From contig NC_082710.1 of assembly GCF_030144855.1 (NCBI RefSeq), positions 154,132,001-154,196,000 of the forward strand: a DNA stretch of 64,000 bases, read 5' to 3'. The notes beneath the pieces are model-generated. The model saw nothing but the letters and a program-made list of their open reading frames with translations, was not told the DNA's origin and searched no databases. How positions within the stretch are numbered: position 1 is the stretch's first letter; each line of letters starts with the position of its first letter. A program made the translations under genes and the position numbers. Shown here piece by piece: positions 25,690 to 39,420 of the stretch. The DNA comes from Hypanus sabinus. Its lineage: Eukaryota.

Positions 25690-28600
25690 TTGCCAGCTGA
25701 GTAGAAAAGGCAGCGACTCGAGGCAGTCTAGTGCTTCGAGCAGCGGCCCATCAGCATTTGGGATTGATTGGCAAGAACAAATTAAATAAAGGCAGGGGCG
25801 AGCGAAGTGGCCACCGTTGGAGCATCTTAGCTCTTCAAGGCTTCATTGCTTCTCTTCAGTCAGAGAAGGCAAAAAAGCTGTAGATTCGAGTTTCCACCCC
25901 ACCCCAACAGTTTATTGTTCTTCCTTCTTTACATTTGTTCGGTCAGGACAGTAGAAATGCCAGGCAGAATGGTGGGATGCTCCTCTTGAGTGATGTGAGA
26001 AAGCAGGGAGACCTCCAGTGATCCTAACGACTGCAACTGTGACAAGTGCATCCTGCTGCAGTTTCTAACAATCCGCATTCAGGAGTTGGAGCTGGAAATG
26101 GATGAACTCCGGATCATTCGAGAGGCTGAGGGGCTGATAGATAGGACTTATAGAGAGCTAGTTACACCCAAGGTGCAGGACACTAGAAACTGGGTGACAG
26201 GAGGGGGAAAGGAGTTAAACAGCCAGTGTAGAGTACCCCCTGTGGCCATCCCCCTCAACAACAGGTATATCACTTTAGATACTGTTCGAGGGGTTGACCT
26301 AGCAGAGGAAAGTCACAGCGGTCAAGTCTCTGGCACTGAAACTCAAATGGGAAAGGTAGGTGGTGGGAGAAGAGGCGAGCTGTGGTGACAGGCAATTCAT
26401 TAGTTAGCAGAACAGAAAGGAAGTTCTGTGGATGAGAATGAGATTCCTGGATGGTATGTAGCCTCCCGGGTGCCAGGGTTTGGGATATCTTGAATTGAGT
26501 CCTCAACGTTCCTAAGTGAGGGGATGAAGAGCCAGAGGTTGTGGTCCATGTAAGTGCCAATGACATGGGTAGGATGAGTGACGAGGTTCTGCAAAGTGAG
26601 TTCAGGGAGTTGGGTGCTAAGTTAAAAGGCAGACCTCTGGGGCTGTGATGTCAGGATTGCTACCCCTACCACGTGCTAGTGAGGCCAGAAATAGGAAGAT
26701 TGTACAGCGTAATACACAGCTGAGGAGTTGGTGAAGGAGGTAGGACATTAGAGCTTTGGATCACTGGGCTCTCTTCCAAGGAAACTGGGTTCAGTTTAGA
26801 AGAGATTGTTTGCAATTGAACTGGACAGGGACTAATATCTTAATGGGAAAGTCTGTCAGTACTGTATGGGGGGGGGGGGGGGTGGTTAAAACTGGAGTTG
26901 TAGGGGGATGGGAACCAGAGTGCTAGAGCAGATAGCGCAGAGATTATGGAGATACATTGTTATAAAGACCTCAGACATAGTCAGGAATCAAAAGGTTGAA
27001 CCTGATGTGACTAATGTTCTGAGCTTGTCTATTTCAATGCAAGAAATTTGTAGGAAAGGCAGATGGCCCCAGGGCTAGGATCAACACAAGGAATTATGAT
27101 ATTCTAGCCATTAATGAGACTTGGTTGCAGGAGAGGCCGGGTTGCCAGCTCAGTATTTTGGGGCTCCATTATTTTAGATGCGATAGAATGGGGGGGGGGG
27201 GTTAAAAAAGGAGGGGTGGCATTATTAGTCAGGGAAAATATCACAGCAGTGCTCAGTCAGGCCAAACTGCAGAACTCAGCTAGTGAGGTGTTGTAGGTGG
27301 TACTGAGTAACAAGACCATATAAATGCAGCTGTATTATATATCACCCAACAGACCCAGGGATTTAGAGGAGCAAGTTTGTAGAGAGATCACAGACTTACA
27401 AGAAATACAAGATTGTTATAGTAGGTGACTTTAACTTTCCAAATATGCCCATACTGTAAAATGACTAGATAGGATAGAATTTGTCCTTAATTGGTACACA
27501 GAAGTCCCAATGAGAGAGTGTGCAACACTTGATCTGCCATTAGGGAATGAGACAGGGCAGGTGGCAGAAGTTAGTGTAGGGAACACTTTGCATCTAGTGA
27601 TCACAATGCCATTTGTTTCAAAGTAAATATTCAAAAAGACAGGTCTAATCCACGGATTGTGATTCTAAATTGAAGAAAGACCAAATTTGATGGTCTCAGA
27701 AAGGATCTGGCAAGTGTGGATTGAGACAGGCTGCTTTCTGGTAAAGGTGTGATGTCTTGAAAAGTGAAACTTAGAGTAGAAAGCTTGTAAGTGCCTGTCA
27801 GAATAAAAGGTAAAGATAACAGGTGTAGGGAAACTTGGCTTTCAAGAGATATTGAGGCCCTGGTTAAGAAAAGAAGCAGGAGCATAGCAGGTATAGACAG
27901 GGGGGAAACAAATGAGGAGCTTATCGAGTACAAGAAATGCAAGAGAACACTTAAGAAATTGGGAAGGCTAAAAGAAGACATAATGTTCCTCTGGCAGAAA
28001 AGGTGAAGGAGAATCCCGAGGAATTCCACAAGTATGTTAAGAGCAAAAGAATTGGGGGAGAATTTAAATGAACTCTTTGCATCTGTTTTTACTCAGGAGA
28101 TGGACACAGAGTCAGCAGAAGTGAGGCAGAGCAGCATCAACTTCATGGACCCTGGATAGATTACAGAGGAAGTTGTGTTTGCTGTCCCTAGGCAAATTAA
28201 AATCCCCTGGCCCTATGAGAGGCAAGTACTGAAATTGCTGGGGCCTAGTTTATATTTTTAAGTCATTCTTAGTAACAAGAGAGGTATCAAAGGAGTGGAG
28301 GATAGCCAATATTGTTCTGCTGTTTAAAAAAAGGCTCTAAACAGAAACCAGGAAATTATAGGCTGGTGAGCCTGACATCAGTAGTGGGAATGTTATTGGA
28401 AAGAATTCCAAGAACTGGATATACAAGTATTTGGATAGATATGGACTTACTAAGGATAGTAAGCATGGTTTTGTGCATGGTAGGTAGTGTCTAATCAATC
28501 TTATAGAGTTTTTTTGAGGATGTTACCAGGAAGGTTGATGAAGGCAAGGCAGTGGATGTTGTCTACATGGACTTTAGTAAGGTATTTGATAAGGTCCCAC

Positions 28601-29680
28601 GTGGGAGGTTGGTCAAGAAGGTTCAGTTGGTTGGCATTCAAGATGAGGTAGTAAATTGGATTGTGTGGGAAAAGCCAGAGTGGGAGTAGATGGTTGCCTC
28701 TCTGACTGATGGCCTGTGACTAGTGGAGTGCTGCAGGGATCGGAGCTGGGTCCAATGTTGTCAACTATATCAATGATCTGGATGATAATGTGGTTAACTC
28801 GATCAGCAAATTTGCAGATGACACCAAGATTGGGGGTGTAGTGGACAGCAAAGAAGACTACTGGAACTTGCAGTAGATTCCGGGCCGTCTGGGAAAATGG
28901 GCTGATAAATGGCAGATGGAATTTAATGCAGACAATTACGAGGTGTTGTACTTTGGTAGGTCCAGCCAGGGTAGGCTTTATAGAGTGAACGTTACGGCAC
29001 TGAGGAGTTCAGTAGAGCAAAAGGATTTGTGAATGCAGACCACAATTCATTGAAAGTGGCATCATAGGTAGATAGGGTCATAAAGAAAGCTTTTGGCACA
29101 TTGGCCTTTGTCAATCAATGTACTGAGTACAGGAGATGGGGTGTTATGTTGAAGTTGTATAGCACGTTGGTGAGGCCTTATTTGGAGCATTATGTGCAGC
29201 TTAGGTCATCTACCTACAGGAAAGATGAACTAAGGTTGAAAAACACAGAAGATTTTCAAGGATGTTGCCATACCTGGAAGACATGAGTTATAAGGAAATG
29301 TTAAATAGGTTAGGACTTTATTCCTTGGAAAGTAACAGATTGAGAGGAGATTTGATAAAGGTATTCCAAAATTATGATGGGTATAGACAGGGCAAATGCA
29401 AGCAGTCCTTTTCCACTGAGATTAGGTCATGGGTTAAGGGTGAAAGGTGAAAAGTTTAAGGGGAACATGAAGAGAAATTCTTTCACTCAGAGGGTCATTA
29501 GAATGTGGAATGAGCTGCCAACACATTTGGTGTACGCAAGCTCGATTTCAAAGTTTGAGAAGTTTGGATAGTAGGGATAAGAAGGGCTATGGTCCTGGTG
29601 AAGGTCAATGGGAGTTGGCAGTTGCAATGGGTCAGCATGGACTAGATGGCCTGAAGGGCCAGTTTCTATGCTGTACTTTT
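25690..29680 (+). mobile_element. Near full-length degenerate CR1 LINE (ORF1 with esterase, ORF2 APE-RT), antisense in the alpha3-TM intron of gene A
   Basis: ORF1 remnant ELELEMDELRIIREAEGLIDR; ORF2 remnants KKGSKQKPGNYRLVSLTSVVG, SKFADDTK, LYSLESNRLRGDLI; the 5' boundary is approximate. Confidence 0.88.
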
Positions 29681-29823
29681 CTATGACTCTACGTGAGTAT
29701 CTGAGGATCTCTCCCAGCACAACGCTGGGACCCTCAGACACCTCGCCCCCACCACAGATAGCCCCACCCATGGGTGTACTTGTGTGCTCTTGGACCCTCC
29801 CTCATGGCAACTGACCAGCTCAC

Positions 29824-30087
29824 CGTAATTCCAGATGATAGGATCCTTCAGTCCACTGTGCTCCACCCGGCAGGAGAACAATGCCGGGTCCGCGGGATCA
29901 ATCTGCACCCACTTCCGGATCTGGTGGGTGCTGTCGTGATTGGGCAGGAGCCCGCTGGAGTGGGCCTCAGGCAAGATGGTCCTGTTCCGCCACAGGGTCA
30001 CCACAATGGATGAGGGGCGGAAGCCGGTGGCCAAGCAGGAGAGGAGGCTGGTGTCGGCTGATATGGTGAAGGTCACCTGGGGAGGGA
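29824..30087 (-). CDS. MHC class I-like gene A, alpha3 (Ig C1) exon (264 bp): VPPQVTFTISADTSLLSCLATGFRPSSIVVTLWRNRTILPEAHSSGLLPNHDSTHQIRKWVQIDPADPALFSCRVEHSGLKDPIIWNY
   Basis: ccccag|TC ... TAC G|gtgagc; LSCLATGFxP, LPNHDxT and SCRVEHSGL motifs. Confidence 0.95.
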
Positions 30088-30413
30088 CTGGGGGAAGGGA
30101 GATGGGTGAGTCTAGGGACAGAGACACCCCCAGCCGGAGACAGAGACATATCACACACACACAGATCAATAAAGACCACCCAATCCTCTCTCTTCAGGAT
30201 ACTGTAACGCACACACAACTGCTCCCAGAACCCACACCCTCACATACCTCTCACTCCCTCCTTGCCCACACCTTCTTCCTAACTGCCCCCAATCACCTCT
30301 TCAACCTCCCCCACCCCCCCACCCCCGTATTCAGTACAACCCACCATCCTCATCAGCAATGTTCAGTTCCCTACCCCAATATCCTGGAATCACGACCTCT
30401 CCCCACCACTCAC

Positions 30414-30686
30414 CCACTCGTAGTTGCCTCTTTCCGTAAGCCAGGAATTTCCTCAGCCACTGGACACAGTCCTCCTTCAGGAAGTACTTCCATTTCTGAA
30501 TGTTGACCTTGTCCTGATCCCAGTGGTGTTTAATCCTCTCTGCCCACATTGCAAATGTGTCCCACTCCATCTGGTCCTCGTCCAGGCTCAGCAGGTCCTC
30601 CCCATCCCAGCTGTACCGGGTGAAGCCTCTCGTGGTCCCATCCGCCCTCAGGTCACAGCCAATCTCCTGCTGGAGTGTGTGGATTT
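30414..30686 (-). CDS. MHC class I-like gene A, alpha2 exon (273 bp): EIHTLQQEIGCDLRADGTTRGFTRYSWDGEDLLSLDEDQMEWDTFAMWAERIKHHWDQDKVNIQKWKYFLKEDCVQWLRKFLAYGKRQLRV
   Basis: tgacag|AA ... GTG G|gtgagt; HTLQxxxGC, DGED and CxxWLxKF motifs; C101 and C164 both present. Confidence 0.95.
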
Positions 30687-32633
30687 CTGTCAACAACATA
30701 AGCAGTCGGCAAATGTTTAACGAAACTCATTCTGTGTTCAAAGAAGCACACCTGTCCAGTCAAAGGACCCTTAAATAAATGAGACCATCTGTATGGAGTC
30801 ACAGAGCAAGAATAAGGCCTTTCAGCCCACATCATCTAAGCTGATGATCAGGTACTCAGCCCGTTTCAGTTCAAGTTTATTTTACCCAGGGTATCAACGC
30901 CATGAAAGGTACTTTGTGCAGCAGGAGCACAGCACATGAAAAACACAACAGGGATAGTTTAACATATACTTGAATTAACATAAATTATGCACGACTTAAA
31001 CACAAGGACGCTAGTACAAGCTGATGGAGTAAAGAAATACAGTCCTCGTGTAGGTGTCCTCAGTGGTGGGGAGGGCCGTACCTGTGACAGAACTGGCCGA
31101 GTTCACCTCTCTCTGCATCCTCTTGTGTTCCTGTGTACCGGAGTTCTTTCATACCAGGCAGTATTGCTTTCCACTGTACGTCTGTGGAGGTTTGTCAGAG
31201 TCTTTGGTGATGTGCAGCATCACCTAAACTTCTAAGACAGGAGGGACACTGGCATGCTTTCATTCACGGTTGCATCTATGTGCTGACGTCAGGATAGACC
31301 CTCTGAGATGTTGCTTCAATGACCCTTCACCGTAAACCTCTCAGTGAGGACTGGTGTGTTCCCAGTACTTGGTCCATGACTGCCTCTGCCTTACAATTCA
31401 AGTGCTCATCCAGAGAATTAATGTTGTGGACAGCTAATTAACCTATAAACTGCATGTCTAAAGTAAATTAATCCCCTCTGCCTTCACAACAACCAAATCC
31501 TCCAATTCCCTGCACAATCACGTACCTATGAAGAGTCTCTTTAGCAGCTCCAATATTTCTGCCTCCATCACCACTGCAGGCGGTGCTTTTCAGGCACCTA
31601 CCCCTCACCATGCACATCGCCTTTCAACTTACCCCTCTCACCTGGTATGCATGCTTTTTGACCCTGAGAGCAAGATGCTGTCTCTCCATTTATACCTCTT
31701 ATACATAATCTTACAAACATACGGTAAATCGGCTTCCCTCTGCCTCTGCTGTCCAGCGAAAACCACCCAAGTTTCTCTCACCTTTCCCTACAGCATGTGC
31801 CCTCTAATCCAGGCGGCATTGTGGCAAACATCTTCAGCACCATCTGCAGAGTCTTCATATCCTTACTACAACAGAGTGACTGCAACTGAATCTCCTGTAA
31901 TTTCCGCTGCCCCAATTTCATACTCTCCTGCAGGGTCTACACTTGTCCTTATCTACAGCCGTCTTAAAACTTAAGGAACAGTGATCTCCATTGCTTAAAC
32001 GTTTTCCCACTGAAAGGTCAGTCACCTGACCAGGCTGATTTTGCAGCTCCGGGTGCCATATATTTGCTCCTTTAGGTGGACTATTTATACACTGACTTAA
32101 GTGTATAAATAGACCAGACTATGCAACAGTTTCGTCCCCCAAGTTATCAGACTCCTCAATACCCGAAGCCTGGACTGACACCTTGCCCTGTTGTCCTGTT
32201 TATTATTTATTGTAATGCCTGCACTGTTTTTGTGCACTTTACACAGTCCAGTGTAAGTCTGTAGTCTAGTGTAGCTTTCTGTGTGTTGTTGTATCTTTTT
32301 TATTACATAGTTCAGTCTAATTTTTTGTACTGTGTCATGTAACACCATGTTCCTGAAAAACGTTGTCTCATTTTTACTATGTACTGTACCAGCAGTTATG
32401 TTCGAAATGACAATAAGAGTTGACTTGACTTGACTTGAACCCATCCCCAGTTGTACCAAACAAATAAACCTCATGCATTGCGGAGGTCCCTGTCTATATA
32501 GAGAAAACTGAAGTAACCCACAACATCAAACCTTTTGTTTTCCCATCTGCCTGCACGCCTGTTTCTCAATAGCTATTGAGGAGTCATCCCATTAGGTTGC
32601 TCGCACTTTCTCATTTTGAGTTTTAATCCTGTA

Positions 32634-33129
32634 CACTCAGCGGTCACTTTATGAGATATGTCTTCTACCCAAGACAGGAGTACTGCAGCTGTAGCCTAAC
32701 CATTTTAGGGTTTGAGGTGCTGTGTGTTCAGAGATGCCCTTCTGTACATCACTACGGTAACACATACTGTATCCTTCCTTTTCTGTTTGAACCTGTCTAG
32801 ACAATCTCCTCTCATTAACAAGGCAACTTCAGTCAAAGAATGCCTCCCACTGGATGCTTTCTGTTTTTCACACCATCCTTGGTAAACTCTAGAGACTGTT
32901 GTGAGTGAAGATCCCAGGAGGTCACTTCCTGAGATCCAGTCTGACAACAACCATCATTCCACGGTCAAGGTCACTTAGATCACATTTCTTCCCCAATCTG
33001 TTGTTTGATCTGAACAACAACTGAGCCTCTGGACCATGCCTGCATGCTTTTATGCATTGAGTTGCTACCACATGATTGGCTGATTAGATAGTTGCATCAT
33101 TAAGCGTACCTAATAAAGTGGCCACTGAG
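32634..33129. mobile_element. Tc1/mariner-derived MITE
   Basis: Imperfect TIRs TACACTCAGCGGTCACTTTATGAG ... CCTAATAAAGTGGCCACTGAG; a tiny internally deleted relative lies at about 46780-46823. Confidence 0.65.
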
Positions 33130-33497
33130 GTTAGACTCAGTGATGCCCCCTCTGAACACTGCTGTGATATTGTCCCCGATTAATATTGCAGTTCTTGGCC
33201 CTCCTTTACCTTTTCATTCTGGCTTCTCGGTCATGATGGGTCTCGCCCCAAAATGTCAACTGTTCATTCCCTTCCACAGATTCTTGCTCTCATTGACTCC
33301 CATTCTGTTATGATACTCACCCAACCATTCCAGCTTCAGACATTTAGACCTCTAATTCTCTGACAAATAGTTAGATGGTGTGGCCCCTTTAGGAGTTCAG
33401 GACCATCCCGCTAATTGGCAATCATGTTTAGGGCACCAAGAATTGAGTACTTAAGGAGACCTGAACTAAGGTTCAGTGCTCAATGGTGAGCCGAGTA

Positions 33498-34525
33498 CAG
33501 CCTTTCTCAACCTCTTTGCCTTGGAGAAGCCCTTGAAATAATTTTCAGGTCTCAGAGAACCCCTATGTAAAAATAATTATATCTACAGCGCACAGTACAT
33601 TAGTGTGATCAGTAATTTGTAGATATAACTATCGAAAAGTAATTGTCAATATTCTTTTGAATAGAGAATCAAATTTTAGCCAAGTTTTCTTAAAAATAAA
33701 ACAGGTAATTAAGCTTGGCTGACCTTTCTTGAAATTAATCTCTTTCTTTCCCTTTCACAAATTTTAAAAACTCATAAGGCAAACATAATAAATAACTGGC
33801 TTAAGACAAAATGGAACTTAATTTTTCCTAAAGGTGGGCTTGGTAAAATGCTGAATGGTAAAAACCACAAGCCAAACCAATATGAATAAAAATATAGCCT
33901 AAGACACAATTTTATACAAGACTTTGTAAAAACATTTTCTTACTAAGTGACATGATCAGGCTCAAATATAGGCCTAGCATGTGAAACCTTGCTTGTTGTT
34001 TGCCACAGACTCGGCACAATGGAATAGGACAACTTTGATCACCAGTCCCTGTAAAACCCATTGATAAGCAGCCTTCATTGTAAAGAGGCATTTTTTTGTG
34101 TCTGCTGTTGAACAAGTGCAGTGAAATGATGCAGAAGATTGTAATTCTTCATCGTTAACCTTATCAGAATTGTTCACAGGCCTACACCTAGAATCCTCCT
34201 CTTCCATCTCACACCTCCCCTTCAAAAATCGGCACATTGGACAGTCTTTAGAATGAAAAGTTCCCTCCAATTTTCTACTACACCTGTAGAGTTTGTTCAC
34301 TCCCATAAGTCAGTCATCGGCGCATAATGGGAAGCTGGGGGGATGTAATTCTGGAGGGAGAGCACTGCCATACTGGGCTGAGAGACCTCTAACGTGTTTG
34401 CTAACAGTGCTGCTTGGTCACTGCCCACATCTCCGAGTGCTAACATCGTGTGAAGTTCAGAAAACTATGTTTAGTTTTTTTTTAAATCACCATCTCTTGC
34501 AGAACCCCTAGTGACCTCTCACAGC
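33498..34525 (-). mobile_element. hAT/Charlie (Buster-like) DNA transposon remnant
   Basis: Terminus CAGCCTTTCTCAACC at 33498; BED-finger remnant KKMPLYNEGCLSMGFTGTGDQSCPIPLCRVCGK (ORF 33912-34115). Confidence 0.7.
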
Positions 34526-37340
34526 ATCCTGTAAAGATTCACGTACTGATGCATGCTCCATAATCTTACCAGTAATATTCCTGGCGCTAAAGTAAACACA
34601 TTTCCACCCATTCATTCCATCGTGTCTATTACCTTGCTCTGGAATTACCCCCCCCACCACCCACAGAGAAACAGTTTAAATCTTCCCGAGTAACAATACC
34701 AAGCTTCCCAGCCAGGCTATTGGCTCCCTTCCAGATAAAATGCAACCTTCCCTCTTGAAAAGATCACCTCTGCCACAGATGCTCCAAGTATCTAGGAACT
34801 TGAAATGGTTGACAAACAGCAGTGGATCCAGAACCAGCGTCCATAGGCCTTCAATCTGAGTAATAATCCTCTATTACCACCCTCTGACTATTTAAACTAA
34901 GCCATTTGTACATTTATTTGGCTTGCTCCCATTGAATCCCATGTGATCTAACCTTCCACAGAAGCCACCATGCAGAGGTGTCAAAGATTCAAATATATAC
35001 AATATACACAGTCACAGGACTTAATAAGCAATAAGCTCTAAAACCTTAGCCTCAATACCTCCTTGGGCAACTAGATCCTCAATTACCTCATTTGCTGACA
35101 CCAGTCTTTTAAAAAAATATATACTTTATTCAAAAATAAAATTATATACAATAAACCATTCAATGACTCTCAATCCTTTACAAATGGTTCCATTACAGTC
35201 TTTACATTTCCCCACTTTTCGCCACCCCTGTGGCAGTCTGTTATTCCATATTTACATACCCTTTTTGAGGGGTATACACCCCGCCCCCCCTACCCCTTAC
35301 ACTCCCACGGGAGAAGGACCCTAGACTGTGGTCCTTCCCCACCGGGCCCTTGCGGTGGCTGCACCGAGTTTGAGTGCGTCCCTCAGCACGTACTCCTGCA
35401 GCCGGGAATGTGCCAGTCGGCAGCATTCCCCCACGGACATCTCCATGTGCTGGTAGACCATCAAGTTTCGGGCCGACCAAAGAGCATCTTTCACCGAGTT
35501 GATGATCTGCCAGCAGCACCGGATGTTGGTCTCGGTGTGCGTCCCTGGGAACAGCCCATAGGTCAGAGAGTCCTCTGTTACGCAGCTGCTGGGGATGAAC
35601 CTCGACACTGTCCCTTCCATCCTCCTCCACACCTTCTCGGTGAACCCACAGTGTGCAAAGAGGTGGGTCACTGACTCCTCCTCACTGCAGTCCTCCCGTG
35701 GGCAGAGGGGTGTGGAGACGACGTTCTGGACGTACAGGAGGGATCGGACTGGGAGGGCCCCTCTCACCACCAGCCAGGCGAGGTCTTGGTGCCTGTTGGT
35801 GAGGTCTGGCGATGAGGTATTTTGCCAGACGAACTGGACAGTCTGCTCAGGGAACCTCCCCACTGTGTCCATCTCATCCTTCTCCTGCAGTGCCTGCAGG
35901 ACCTTACGTGCTGACCACTGCCTGATGGCCCTGTGGTCAAAGGTGTTGACCTGAAAGAACTTCTCTACGAAGGACAGGTATGGCGGCAACGACCATCTGA
36001 CAGGAGGTGTTGCACGGTAAAGGGGCCAGACCCATCCTCCGTAGCCAGGGCGGCAGGTAGAAACTGGGCACGTAGTGGTACTTGGTGCCCACATACCTGG
36101 GATCCACACACAACCTGATGCAGCCACACACGAAGCTGGCCATCAGGGTGAGGGCGACATTGGCGACATTGGGAACGTTTTTGACCCCGTTGTCCAGGGA
36201 CTTGTGCATGGTGGTCCGTCTGACCTGCTCCATCTTGATCCCCAGACGAATCTGAAGATGGCTCGGGTGATTTCCGAGCTGAAGGAGCGGGGGACTGGCC
36301 ACACATGCACCAAGTACAGCAGCCCTGAGAGCACCTCACACCTGTTGACCAGGTTCTTGCCCGCTATCGACAGGGAGCGCCCTTCCCCACAGTCCCAGTA
36401 TCTTTTTGACCTTGGCAGTCCGCTCCTGCCAGTTCTTGTTGCACGCCTCGGCCCCTCCGAACCAGATCCCCAACACCCCCTGGTGATCAGCCCTGATGGT
36501 GAAGGGGACGCTGGATCGGTCGGGCCAGTTGCCGAAGAGCATGGCTTCGCTCTTCGTGTGGTTGACCCTGGCCCCCGACGCCTGCTCGAACTGTTGGCAG
36601 ATGCCGATCAGCCTGCGAACTGACCTCGGATCGGAGCAGAAGACGGTGACATCGTCCATGTACAGGGAGGTTTTGACTTGGGTCCCTCCACTACCTGGCA
36701 GCGTCACCCCTCTTATGCCCCCATCCCTCCTGATGGCTTCGGCAAAGGGTTCTATGCAGCACACGAACAAGACGGGAGAGAGGGCAGCCCTGCCTGGCTC
36801 CAGACCTGATGGGGAAGCTGTCTGTTTCCCACCCGTTGACCTGGACTGCGCTACAGATGTCTGTGTAGAGCAGTTTGATCCAATTCCGGATTCCCTCCCC
36901 AAATCCCATTTTGGAGAGTACATCCGCCATGTACGTGTGCGATATCCCGTCGAAGGCTTTCTCCTGGTCCAAGCTGACCAGGCAGGCGTCCACCCCCGTC
37001 CTGCACGTAGGCGATGGTGTCCCTCAGCAGCGCGAGGCTGTCTGAGATCTTCCTGCCCGGTACAGCACAGGTTTGGTCCGGGTGGATCACCTGCTCCAGT
37101 GCAGACTTGACCCTATTGGCGAGAGCCTTGGACAGGATCTTGTAGTCCACATTCAGGAGTGAGATGGGCCTCCAATTCCTAATGTCTTCCCTCTCCCCCT
37201 TCTGCTTGTAGATGAGGGTGATGATGCCCTTCCTCATGGACTCTGACATGCTGCCTGCCAGGAGCGTAGCGTTGTTCACTTCCAGCAGGTCGGGGCCCAT
37301 CCGGTTCCACAGAGCCAAATACAACCCGACCGGTAAGCCG

Positions 37341-37598
37341 TCGCTTCCGGGAGTCCTACCCGACTCAAAGGAACGGACGGAGCCAGTCAGCCCGCCCAGG
37401 GTCAGTGACTGCTCCAGACTCTCCCATCGCTTCCGGGAGTCCTACCCGACTCAAAGGAACGGACAGAGCCAGTCAGCCCGTCCAGGGTCAGCGGCTGCTC
37501 CAGACTCTCCCGTCGCTTCCGGGAGTCCTACCCGACTCAAAGGAACGGACGGAGCCAGTCAGCCCGTCCAGGGTCAGCGGCTGCTCCAGACTCTCCCG
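37341..37598. repeat. 3 x 86-bp tandem duplication inside Tx1 ORF2
   Basis: TCGCTTCCGGGAGTCCTACCCGACTC recurs at 37341, 37427 and 37513. Confidence 0.92.
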
Positions 37599-39046
37599 CT
37601 TGCCGTCGTCTAAGGCCTGCGTGATAGATGACGGGAAGCTGCGGGAGGCCGTGGTGTCTGTGGCCTTTTCTCCATACAGACCGGCATAGAAGGACCTGCA
37701 GATCCTCAGTATGTCTGTCTGCGAGGAGCGACTGAGCCGTCCTCTTCCTTAAGGTTGTGGATCACAGAGCCCCCCCCTGTGCACCTTTTGGGAGAAGAAT
37801 CGTGAGCACGTCTCGTCCTGCTCCACGGTTTGGACCCTCGATCGGAAGATGATCTTGGGGGATTCGGCGGCAAAGTGCTGGGCCTGCCGGCCCCTCACCT
37901 CCCGCAGTTCCTCCCTGACATCCACCCCCCTCGACTGCAGGAGGAGGAGTTGCTGCAACTCTGTCTGGAGTTTACGCAGTTCCCTCTGCCCCGCCTTGCT
38001 CTCTGGATGCCCTTGTGGATGAAGAACCTCTTGATGTTCTCCTTGGTGGCTTCCCACCAGTGAACCAGGGAATCAAAGAAGGCTTTCAAGGTTCTGCAAC
38101 CCGTGTACTCCTTCTCTAGTTCCTCGATGTTCTCTGGGGTCAGCAGCTTGATGTTCAGCTTCCACGTCCCCCTCCCTGCCTTCCGGTCCTCCCGCAGGTG
38201 ACAGGTGGCTCGCAGGAGGCAGTGGTCAGAGAGGACCACCGGCGTGACGTCGGTGGTTCTGACCGTGAGGGGCTCCGACAGGAAGAGGAAGTCGATCCGG
38301 GAACGGGCTGAGCCGTCCGGTCGTGTCCAGGTGGCTTGCGGCTGAGCTGCCCCTGTGGGGTCGCCAAAGGCGTCGCGCAGCCTGGCCATCTTCACCGTAT
38401 CCATCAGGAGTCTGGACGTACTGTCCAGCCACCGGATCGTCCAGCCGCATCAATGGTGCAGTTGAAGTCTCTGGCCGGGCCGTCACCAGCAGCGGTGGGA
38501 GCCGCTCGCTCCGCACAGGGGAGGCATACACGTTGATCAGCCGGAGCGGAGTGCCCCGGTATTTGACGTCTGTTACCAGGCGGCGCCCCGCAACCACCTC
38601 TTTGACTTGGGTGATTGAGGAGTTGCCTCCCCGTAGCAGAATCCCCAGGCCGGAATCACGACAGTCGTTGCCCCCCGACCACACTGACAAACCCCGGGTC
38701 CACCTCCGGTAGTTGTGGAGGTGTGGCAGTCCGCACTCCTGGAGGAAGGTCACATCGGCCTTTAACGAGTCCAAGTACTGGAGCGTGCTGACGCATCGCC
38801 CGGTACTCTTCAAACCGTGCACATTAACAGATGCCAGTGAAATGTCCACCATGATTTAAAGTTCTTTATTGCAACTGGTCACCGTCCTTACCTTCGCAGT
38901 CCTGAGTCTTCATGCCCACCGCCTTTGTGGCCAGCAGACTTTCTCCACTCTCTCTCCTCTCCGCTGGCTTTGTCCGCTGCTTCCTCTGCTGGGGCTGCTG
39001 CTGGCCTCCTCCAACACATTCCTCCTGAGAAGTGGACAGGTTACCG

Positions 39047-39420
39047 GAGGCCGCGTGGTCCCCTGCCCTTCTCTTCACGTGCTCCTTCCTCGTCTGTTGT
39101 AGACAGGTTGCTGCAGGCCGCATGGTCCCCTGCCTTTCTCTTCCCATGCTCCTCCCTCGTCTGTTGTAGACAGGTTGCTGCAGGCCGCGTGGTCCCCTGC
39201 CTTTCTCTTCCCATGCTCCTCCCTCGTCTGTTGTAGACAGGTTGCTGCAGGCCGCGTGGTCCCCTGCCTTTCTCTTCATGCGCTCCTCCCTCGTCTGTTG
39301 TAGACAGGTTGCTGCAGGCCGCGTGGTCCCCTGCCTTTCTCTTCCCATGCTCCTCCCTCGTCTGTTGTAGACAGGTTGCTGCAGGCCGCGTGGTCCCCTG
39401 CCTTTCTCTTCACGTGCTCC
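39047..39420. repeat. About 5.5 x 67-bp tandem repeat inside Tx1 ORF1
   Basis: CGTCTGTTGTAGACAGG recurs at 39091, 39158, 39225, 39292 and 39359. Confidence 0.92.

Noticed and set aside
26868-26883. Long poly-G tracts (also about 3931, 42974 and 52646)
   Set aside because: Homopolymers inside repeats or introns with no further structure; lengths are unreliable
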